From contig CAWDTQ010000010.1 of the NCBI GenBank assembly GCA_963805315.1, forward strand, positions 84,114-148,113: DNA of 64,000 nt. Direction: 5' to 3'. Below the pieces are notes generated by a model. The model saw nothing but the letters and a program-made list of their open reading frames with translations, searched no databases and was not told where the DNA came from. The stretch is from an uncultured delta proteobacterium. GTDB lineage: Bacteria; Desulfobacterota; Binatia; Binatales; Binataceae. Of the stretch, positions 46,465 through 54,585 are shown in pieces. The position numbers and the translations under genes were made by a program. Each line of letters begins with the position of its first letter. Within the stretch, counting starts at the first letter, position 1.

Positions 46465-48608
46465 TTAGCGGATTTCGTAAACTTTCGCTTCGTAGCCGTC
46501 AAACTGGTCTTCGAACGTCAGGCCATCCTTAATTTCAATTTTTTTCATTCCGCGGCGGACCGTAACCGATCGCGCGGGGGATTGCAGGACGAACCGGGCC
46601 GACGCCGTATCGATCCCTTGATTGTATGCAATCACATAACGGGTACCGTCCGCGCCGATTTTCTCGCGCGTGACGATGTCCTGAGATGGCTTGGCGCTCA
46701 GGACTTGCGCGTCGGGCCGCAGTAGCACCGGCTCGAGATCCTTGATCTCGTTGGTCACGCGGATCAGCGAACCCCAGAGCGCCGCCTTTTGCGCCGGATT
46801 CCGCACCCAGCCGAGCGCACGAATCCCATGCGACCAGTAGAAGACTCCGGTCGCGCCCTCCGCGATCGCCATCCAGCTCATATCGTGCAGTTGCTGCTCG
46901 GTTGGCCAGGAGGAGATGGCGTCCGCCTGGAAAAACTGGATGACCGTCCAGACCGGTCTGGAAGCATGGACCGCCTGCACCGCCATCCTGGTCCAATCGC
47001 CCACTTCACCAATGTAGTTGTCGGCCGGCAGCCACACCGGATAGGGATCAACGCCAAGGACATCCACCGAATCCTTCCAGAACGGCAGGTCAAGCGGATG
47101 GTCGAGCACCACCAAATTGAAACCCGAAGGATCGTTCGCTTTGATCAGCGAATATTGATGAAACGTTTGGCGGCTGCGCGGTGATCGCGGGCTCGTCCTG
47201 AACGTAGTATCCCACCACGCCGGGGTCGGACGCTGAGAGGTGGAGACGTAGTCGGAAATCAGCCGATCCGGATCGTCGGTGCCAAACTGGTCGGCGATAG
47301 GCTTTCGGGAAGCTGCGTTGCCCTTGTAGAAATCGCTGACGGCGGGCAGAAACGAAGATCCCAAATTGCTTCATCGCCGCGGTGTACGCGGTGACCGCGC
47401 TGTCGGCGCGTTGGTGATGAAAGTAGTTGATGATCATGTTGATCGGCGCTTGCGCGATCGCGCCGAGCTCCTTCTCGTATGTGAGCCGCGCAAGATAGGA
47501 CCAGTCCGGTCGTGTCGTAGATTCCGAGCACGAAGTGAGGGTTGCCGTCGATGAAATGTGCGCGGTTGCGATCGTCGATCCACGCCTTCAGAAAGTCCCC
47601 AGGCTCCGAATCAACCTTCACGACCCGGTACGGCGGCTGCTCGAACAGAACCTTTCCGCCTGTGCTGAGAAGCTTTCCGCGCACCTGGTAAACGCCGGCT
47701 GGCAGTTGGCTGAAGTCCAGGGTCGCCGTGAAATCATCGGCGGGTGACTTGTAGGTGTGGTCGGTTTTTGTTCCTGAGTCGGTGCGCATCGCCTCGAACT
47801 GAAAGACGAGATCTTCGCGGCGCAGGTCGGGGCCGCGATTGAGCGTCACTGCCGCGCGCACTTCCTGAGGCGCGTCGGCAAAGAGGTATCCGCGATAGTT
47901 CGGATAGAGCATGAACGATGGTGAAGAGCGGCGCGATTTCCTCTCGCACGTACATGTTGGCGAACCACGCCGAGCCGGATGTTCTGCCGTCGACTGCGAG
48001 CCGAAATGGGGAGCGGGTGCCGGGCGCGACGACGCAGTGCCTGCTGTCGAACTTTTGCCAATCGCCGGCGCCGTTTCCGAAATCTGTCTCGCAGCGCGGT
48101 GAACAAATCCATTCCCGTTCCGGCGACCAGCTTCTCTTTCGGCAGATCCGAGAGTTTTAATTTCACCGCCAATCGAATAAACGCCGGGCGGGGCCACGAA
48201 CTCGTTTACCGCCTGCTTCGTGAACGGCCCGCATGAGTCGGGGTTCTCTATCTTCAGGCTTGGATTTCCGTTGGGAGCGCGAGTTGACGAGTCCGGCCGG
48301 AAACATCGCCGCCGAAACACGCCAGCCATCCAAGCCCGCTGCGAGAAGTCGCCATTGACGAGCAGGTTCTCGCCCAAAGTCCATCCGGTTTCGGAAGCTT
48401 CAAGGCCGCCTGCCGGAATGTTCGTGCTCTTGCGCTGGCTGGGGCTCTTGGAATCAGGCGATGCTTCTTGTGCGGGATACTGTGCGCGCCGCTCGTTGGA
48501 TGCTTTGAGCGCCGAGTCGGTGCCCGACGAACATCCCCCTGTCAGCAGCGATGATGCAAATATGCCGACTCCGGCGACGCGAAAGATGCCGCGCTTGCGC
48601 CAGTGCAT
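46465..48608 (-). CDS. Probable lipoprotein with carbohydrate-binding-like and glycoside-hydrolase-like domains; several frameshifts
   Basis: LLTGGC lipobox-like, ENLLVNGDFS, GYYVQDEP, DVLGVDPYP, MAIAEGATGVFYW spread over several frames. Confidence 0.55.
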
Positions 48609-48701
48609 CGGCGACTATTCCTCTGCGACCAAATGTTGGTCTCGGTTGTTTCCGAAGGTCGACGGCAGAAGGTTCTATTACTGGGGTTCCTTAGGAAATC
48701 A

Positions 48702-49484
48702 TTATTCGTGCCGGACAAAACTGACGCACTGGCCTTGATTCTTGAAGCAAGCGAATTGTCGCCAGCCGCCATTTTTGCACTGATCGACTGAAGTCGGCGC
48801 CGAGGAGCACGTCGGCGTGGGTTGTGGGGTCGGGAATTTTCGTTTGTGGCTCTCTGGTTCCCCTTCGCCCGCCACCGTCCCTGTCGTTCCCTGCGCAACC
48901 TCGACGCCGCGGTCGGGCGCCGATGCCTGCGCCAGGTTGACAGTGCCATCGATCACGGCAACCTCGGTGTAGTGAGAGACTCCAGGAAGGTTGCCGGTTT
49001 GGGGCGAGCTTCCGCTGTAAGAGGTGTAAAAGGCCGTGCCGCGCGCGGTCACGATCGCGTTGGGCGTGCGCACCTGAAAGTTTGCCGGAGCTCCAGCGGT
49101 CTTCTTCACCGCCGATTTCAATATTCCGGAAGCGAGTCCGACCCGCGTCGGCGTGGCGCCGCCACTGGTGTACTGGTCGAGCGCGATGGTGGTCGAAGGG
49201 CTGAGTTCAAGCTGGCTCCCGTCGCTCAGGATTATTACGGCGACCCCTTCCGCGCCGGAACCAATCTTGTCGCCCCGGTAAACCGGTGCGCCCGGTGCGG
49301 CCGCCAGGACGCCGCCGCCGCGCTGTATCTGCACCCCTCCGCTTGCACTGGAGATTGTCCCGGCAGCGCTCTGCGCTCGGGCCGTACCTGCGCCGACGAT
49401 CGCGCAGGCGGCAATGAGAAACACCCCCGCGCGAACTAGCCGATCATGACGGTGAGGGTTTGACCGCACAGGACAGTACTTCAC
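48702..49484 (-). CDS. Exported FecR-domain protein
   Basis: Signal peptide; GDKI.SG..G...I.LSDGSQL.L...T, FQVRTPNA..TARGT.F, VAVIDGTV. Confidence 0.8.
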   Translation of the reverse strand: MKYCPVRSNPHRHDRLVRAGVFLIAACAIVGAGTARAQSAAGTISSASGGVQIQRGGGVLAAAPGAPVYRGDKIGSGAEGVAVIILSDGSQLELSPSTTIALDQYTSGGATPTRVGLASGILKSAVKKTAGAPANFQVRTPNAIVTARGTAFYTSYSGSSPQTGNLPGVSHYTEVAVIDGTVNLAQASAPDRGVEVAQGTTGTVAGEGEPESHKRKFPTPQPTPTCSSAPTSVDQCKNGGWRQFACFKNQGQCVSFVRHE

Positions 49485-49702
49485 TCCGGGACTTCCGTTT
49501 TGACTCTCTCAGTCTTCTCCGATCAATCGATTCACACGCCCCAGCCAAGTTACCGATAGCCCAACTCTATCCTCCGCCGCAAGGGTCAGGTCTCTTCCTT
49601 CGTCTTGCATAGAACTGGCGCACGGTACTGCTTCGCGAGTGCCTCCTATGATAGTTGGGACGGTATGGGTGACGATCCGGCCTATGCGGGGCTTCGCGGC
49701 GA

Positions 49703-51160
49703 TTGCTGATGGGTTCCGGGCGAAATTTTCGGCGGGTTGCGATAATCGGCGGAGGTATTAGCGGACTCGCCGCCGCATACCGCTTGCGCGAACTCACGGC
49801 GGCGCGTGAATTTCCGCTCGAAGTCTCGCTGTTCGAAAAGGGACCCGACCTCGGCCGCGCGCTCGCGACCGTTCGCGAAGACGGCTTTGTCATCGAGACC
49901 GGCGCCGATTCGTTTCTCTCCGAGAAGCCGTGGGCGCTCGATCTCGCAAAACGGCTCGGCCTCGAGCACGAGCTGATCAGAACCGACGAGCGCTTCCGCA
50001 AGACCTACGTCGTGCGCGCCGGGCGGCTGGTGGAAATTCCGGAAGGGTTCAGCCTGCTCGCGCCCACCAGGTTCCTTCCGATCGTGACGAGCCCACTGTT
50101 CAGCATCCGCGGCAAGCTGCGCATGGGGCTCGAACCGCTGATGCCGGTGCGGCGCGATGCGAGCGATGAAAGCCTGGCCGCGTTCGTCACCCGCCGGCTC
50201 GGCCGCGAAGTGCTGGATCGCGTCGCGCAGCCGCTGGCCGGCGGAATCTATACCGCCGATCCCGAGTCGCTGAGCCTGATGGCCACGATGCCGCGGTTCA
50301 TCGAGATGGAACGCCGCTACGGCAGCCTTTACAAAGGGCTCAGGGCGACGAGCCGCAGCATCCCCGTCCAGTCCAAAGGCACAAGCGGCGCGCGATGGAG
50401 CCTGTTTCTGAGCTTTCGCGGCGGGATTCGCGCGCTCGTGGACGCGCTCGCTGCCCGGCTCGGCGAGTGCGTTCGCATGCGCACCGCGGTCACGACGCTT
50501 GCACGTCCCGGCGGCGACAGCGACAGCGGCGGATGGCGCATCGAGATGGCCGACGGCGCGCGGTTCGATGCGGACGCGGTGATCGTCGCGACGCCGGCCT
50601 ACGACGCGGCGCGCCTGCTGATGCCGCACGACGCGGAACTCGCCGGCCTGCTTGGCGAGATCCGGTATTCTTCCGCCGCGTCGGTCAACCTCGCCTATCG
50701 CGCGGCGGATATTCCACGCCTGCCCGAGAGCTTCGGCTTCGTCGTGCCGGTCAAGGAGCGCCGCAAGATCATCGCCTGCACATTCTCGAGCGTGAAGTTC
50801 GCCCATCGCGCGCCGGATGGAACCGTGCTGATGCGCACGTTTCTCGGCGGCGCATTGCAATCTGAGATGATGGCGCTGGAGGACACCGCGCTGGTTGCCG
50901 CGGCGCGCGAGGAAATCGCCGCGTTGCTAGGCGTCAGGGCCGAACCGATCCTGACTCGTGTCCAGCGATGGCCCCAGCAGATGCCGCAGTACTCGCTCGG
51001 CCATCTCGACCGCGTCGCTCGGATCGAGCGCCTCGCGTCCACACTCCCCGGCCTGGCGCTGGCCGGCGCAGCATATCGCGGCGTGGGCATCCCGGATTGC
51101 GTGCACAGTGGCGAGCAGGCGGCAGAGGCCGTGCTCGACTATCTGCAGCGCGGAACATAG
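49703..51160 (+). CDS. hemG: Protoporphyrinogen/coproporphyrinogen oxidase (HemY-type)
   Basis: IIGGGISGLAAA, IETGADSFL, PLAGGIY..D...LSL.ATMP, PQYSLGH, AYRGVGIPDCV. Confidence 0.9.
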   Translation: MLMGSGRNFRRVAIIGGGISGLAAAYRLRELTAAREFPLEVSLFEKGPDLGRALATVREDGFVIETGADSFLSEKPWALDLAKRLGLEHELIRTDERFRKTYVVRAGRLVEIPEGFSLLAPTRFLPIVTSPLFSIRGKLRMGLEPLMPVRRDASDESLAAFVTRRLGREVLDRVAQPLAGGIYTADPESLSLMATMPRFIEMERRYGSLYKGLRATSRSIPVQSKGTSGARWSLFLSFRGGIRALVDALAARLGECVRMRTAVTTLARPGGDSDSGGWRIEMADGARFDADAVIVATPAYDAARLLMPHDAELAGLLGEIRYSSAASVNLAYRAADIPRLPESFGFVVPVKERRKIIACTFSSVKFAHRAPDGTVLMRTFLGGALQSEMMALEDTALVAAAREEIAALLGVRAEPILTRVQRWPQQMPQYSLGHLDRVARIERLASTLPGLALAGAAYRGVGIPDCVHSGEQAAEAVLDYLQRGT

Positions 51161-51483
51161 TCGCGTCCAGTGACGCCGCTGGCTGGCGGCGGTCGCGGTG
51201 CGTGGCTCTGCAAGCCGCGTAGAGCGCATCGATGGCGCCGCAGCGAGCCAGCTCCTTAAGACGAACCACGTTACCTGATATAAGCACAGCTAAACTAAGC
51301 CAAATCGAGATTCCCGATCCGCGAACGATTTGGTCCTGACACGGCAGGATTGGCTGCACTAGCTTTATGCACGCCGAGGTAAGATACTCGACTGCACAGA
51401 CTGCTTGCCAATTTTACGTTGATGGGTAACAATTCCCGCCCTACGTTTTGTAGCATCCGCACCGCATAGATGGAGGTAGCGCC

Positions 51484-52803
51484 ATGAAATTCACATTGAG
51501 AGCCAAGGTCGCATCACTAACGCTGGCATTTCTATTCGCCGGTTGGGCCAGCGCACATGCGGGCGTCATACCCAATGGCACCGTGATGGTCGGAACCGGG
51601 AATGGCTTTGTCACCGAATTCGATCAGAACGGAAATATGCTGGGGCAACTGGACACGACGACCGGTTCCAATGAAGAGACCGGGGGAGCATTTGATTCGA
51701 CCGGTAACTTTTTTGTCACCGACTTTCAGGCAAATATGGTGACGAAATTCGATCCGAGCGGGACATTGATCGGCGCCTTCGGCAGTGGCTACAACAATCC
51801 GGAATCCATCGTTTTCGATGCGAGCGGAAATGTTTATGTGGGTAATGCGGGTCCTGATGCCCCAGGTGGAGCCCGGCCCGTTCTCGAGTTCAATCCCTCC
51901 GGCGCCCTTCTGAATACATTTCTTCCGGCCGTGGAGAGTAGGGGTACCGATTGGGTCGATTTGGCTGCCGACAATTGTACGCTCTTCTATACCTCGGAAG
52001 GCACACTCGTGAAGCGCTACAATCTCTGCACTAACACGCAGTTGGCTGACTTCAACGCGACACCCCTTCCCGGCGACGAGGCGTTTGCGCACCGGATCCT
52101 GCTTCCATTTCAGTTTGGAGCCGGCGGCGTGCTGGTCGCGGACACTGAAACGGTGCAGCGCCTGGACGCGTCAGGCAATGTAGTCCAGACTTACACGTTC
52201 CCTGGCTTCACTGATCTCTTCGCGCTGAATCTGGATCCCGACACCACCTCCTTCTGGACGGCCGATGGAAATTCGGGTCAGGTATTCAAGGTGGACATCC
52301 AGACCGGTACGGTGTTGCAGAGTTGGAGCTCCGCCGGCGCGCCCAATTTCGTGGATGTAGGAGGACTCGTCGTCAAAGGGGAGCTCACCGCTCCCGTGCC
52401 TGGGACGACGCCGCCGGTCTGCGGCGTGGCCACTGCCAGCGCACCCCAGCTGTGGCCGCCCAATCACAAATTCGTCTCTGAAACAGTTGAGGGCGTGACC
52501 TCGGTCAATGGACCGGTCACTATCGACATCACCGGCATCTTTCAGGATCAATCGCCGACGGTCAAAGGCAGCGGACACACTTGCCCCGATGGCAAGGGCG
52601 TTGGGACTTCGACTGCGATGGTTCGCGCCGAACGAGCCGGCGGGATTGACGATGGCCGAGTTTACCATATCGACTTCACGGCCACCGACCAGACGGGCCA
52701 AACCTGTACGGGCGATGTGACGGTCTGTGTGCCTCACGATCAGGGGAAGGATAAGACCTGTGTGGATCACGGACCGCTGTTCGATTCGACAGTGTGCCCG
52801 TAA
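51484..52803 (+). CDS. Secreted beta-propeller protein with C-terminal LWPPNHK-type domain (paralog A)
   Basis: ggagg RBS, signal peptide, propeller blades, LWPPNHK...RAERAGG..DGRVYHI...VCVPHD. Confidence 0.75.
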   Translation: MKFTLRAKVASLTLAFLFAGWASAHAGVIPNGTVMVGTGNGFVTEFDQNGNMLGQLDTTTGSNEETGGAFDSTGNFFVTDFQANMVTKFDPSGTLIGAFGSGYNNPESIVFDASGNVYVGNAGPDAPGGARPVLEFNPSGALLNTFLPAVESRGTDWVDLAADNCTLFYTSEGTLVKRYNLCTNTQLADFNATPLPGDEAFAHRILLPFQFGAGGVLVADTETVQRLDASGNVVQTYTFPGFTDLFALNLDPDTTSFWTADGNSGQVFKVDIQTGTVLQSWSSAGAPNFVDVGGLVVKGELTAPVPGTTPPVCGVATASAPQLWPPNHKFVSETVEGVTSVNGPVTIDITGIFQDQSPTVKGSGHTCPDGKGVGTSTAMVRAERAGGIDDGRVYHIDFTATDQTGQTCTGDVTVCVPHDQGKDKTCVDHGPLFDSTVCP

Positions 52804-52812
52804 CTGCATTTT

Positions 52813-52843
52813 GCGCGAAGCGCGGGGCCCTCAACGGGCCCTG
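52813..52843 (+). terminator. GC hairpin after paralog A, repeated after paralog B (~54357-54388)
   Basis: gcggggccctcaacgggccctgc within a duplicated 3' flank; no U-run. Confidence 0.45.
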
Positions 52844-53030
52844 CGTACTTCCGCGAATTGAGATTCCCAGAAATGATCGGTTCTGACACGGCCGGATTGG
52901 CTGCACCAGTTTATACACGGAGAGGTAACATACTTGAGTGCATAAACTGCTTGACTAATTTTACGTTGAGGGTAACAATCCCCGGCCCTACGTTCTGTAG
53001 CATCGGCACCGCGTACATGGAGGTAGCGCC

Positions 53031-54347
53031 ATGAGATTCACATTGAGAGCCAAGGTCGCATCACTAACGCTGGCATTTCTATTTGCCTGTTGGGCCAGCG
53101 CACATGCGGGCGTCATAGCCAATGGCACCGTGCTGGTCGGGACCGGGAATGGCTTTGTCACCGAATTCGATCAGACTGGAGCGATGCTGGGGCAACTGAA
53201 CACAATGACCGGCGCCCCAGGCGATGAGCAGACCGGAGGAGCATTTGATTCGAGCGGTAACTATTTTGTCACCGACTTTGAGGAAAATATGGTGACGAAA
53301 TTCGATCCAACCGGGGCTCTGATCGGATCCTTCGGCAGTGGCTACAACAATCCGGAATCCATCGTTTTCGATGCGAGCGGAAATGCTTATGTGGGTAATG
53401 CGGGTCCTGCTGTACCAGGTGGAGCCCGCCCCGTTCTCGAGTTCAATTCCTCCGGAACCCTTCTGAATACATTTCTTCCGGCCGTGGAGAGTAGGGGTAC
53501 CGATTGGGTCGATTTGGCTGCCGACAATTGTACGCTCTTCTATACCTCGGAAGGCACACACGTGAAGCGCTTCAATGTCTGCACCAACACGCAGTTGACC
53601 GACTTCAACGCGACACCCCTCCCGGGCACCAACGCATTTGCGCACCGAGTCCTGCTTCCATTTCAGTTTGGAGCCGGCGGCGTGTTGGTCGCGGACAATG
53701 CGACGGTGGAGCGCCTGGACGCGTCAGGCAATGACGTCCAGACCTACACGTTCCCTGGCTTCGTTAACCTCTTCGCGCTGAATCTGGATCCCGACGGCAC
53801 CTCGTTCTGGACGGCCGATTCAGCTTCAGGTCAAGTATTCAAGGTGAACATCCAGACCGGCGCGGTGTTGCAGAATTGGAGCTCCGCCGGCGCGCCCAAT
53901 TTCGTGGATGCAGCTGGACTCACCGTCAAGGGCGAGCTCACCGCTCCTCTGCCTCCGCCGGATTGCAGCATGGCCGCTGCCAGCGCACCCCGGCTGTGGC
54001 CGCCCAATCACAAATTTGTCTCTGAAAAAGTTGACGGCGTGACCGCGGTCAATGGACCGGTAACCATCGACATCACCGGCATCTTTCAGGATCAATCGCC
54101 GACGGTCAAAGGCAGCGGACACACTTGCCCCGATGGCAAGGGTGTCGGGACTTCCACGGCTATGGTTCGCGCCGAACGAGCCGGCGGGATTGACGATGGC
54201 CGAGTTTACCATATCGACTTCACGGCCACCGACCAGAAAGGCCAAACCTGTACGGGCGATGTGACGGTCTGTGTGCCTCACGATCAGGGGAAGGATAAGA
54301 CCTGCGTAGATCACGGACCGCTGTTCGATTCGACAGTGTGCCCGTAA
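53031..54347 (+). CDS. Tandem paralog B of 51484-52803
   Basis: Same leader, signal peptide and nearly identical C-terminal domain. Confidence 0.75.
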   Translation: MRFTLRAKVASLTLAFLFACWASAHAGVIANGTVLVGTGNGFVTEFDQTGAMLGQLNTMTGAPGDEQTGGAFDSSGNYFVTDFEENMVTKFDPTGALIGSFGSGYNNPESIVFDASGNAYVGNAGPAVPGGARPVLEFNSSGTLLNTFLPAVESRGTDWVDLAADNCTLFYTSEGTHVKRFNVCTNTQLTDFNATPLPGTNAFAHRVLLPFQFGAGGVLVADNATVERLDASGNDVQTYTFPGFVNLFALNLDPDGTSFWTADSASGQVFKVNIQTGAVLQNWSSAGAPNFVDAAGLTVKGELTAPLPPPDCSMAAASAPRLWPPNHKFVSEKVDGVTAVNGPVTIDITGIFQDQSPTVKGSGHTCPDGKGVGTSTAMVRAERAGGIDDGRVYHIDFTATDQKGQTCTGDVTVCVPHDQGKDKTCVDHGPLFDSTVCP

Positions 54348-54423
54348 CTGCATTTTGCGCGAAGCGCGGGGCCCTCAACGGGGCCCTGCGTACTTCCGCG
54401 CAGCCATTCGCGTCATAGAGGAG

Positions 54424-54541
54424 TTTCCCGGGCGTGGCGGGCGCCGCATATCGCGGCGTGGGCATCGCCGATTGCGTGCACAGCGGCGAGCAGGCCGCAG
54501 AGGTGTCCTCGACTACCCGCAGCGCGGAAGATAATCGCGTC
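54424..54541 (+). pseudogene. Degenerate copy of the hemG 3' end
   Basis: gcatatcgcggcgtgggcatc..gattgcgtgcacag.ggcgagcaggc.gcagagg matches 51044-51167. Confidence 0.85.
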
Positions 54542-54585
54542 GCGATCCGGACCGAACTTCTCCTGAAAGACGAGCGCCGACCTCT

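Noticed and set aside
49682-50860. 392-aa minus-strand ORF, and similar long ORFs at 29823, 32308 and 38143
   Set aside because: Antisense to well-supported enzymes in GC-rich DNA; no recognisable motifs.
51484-54347. Diversity-generating retroelement template/variable repeat pair
   Set aside because: Whole genes are duplicated, differences are not adenine-specific by eye, and no reverse transcriptase is in the window.
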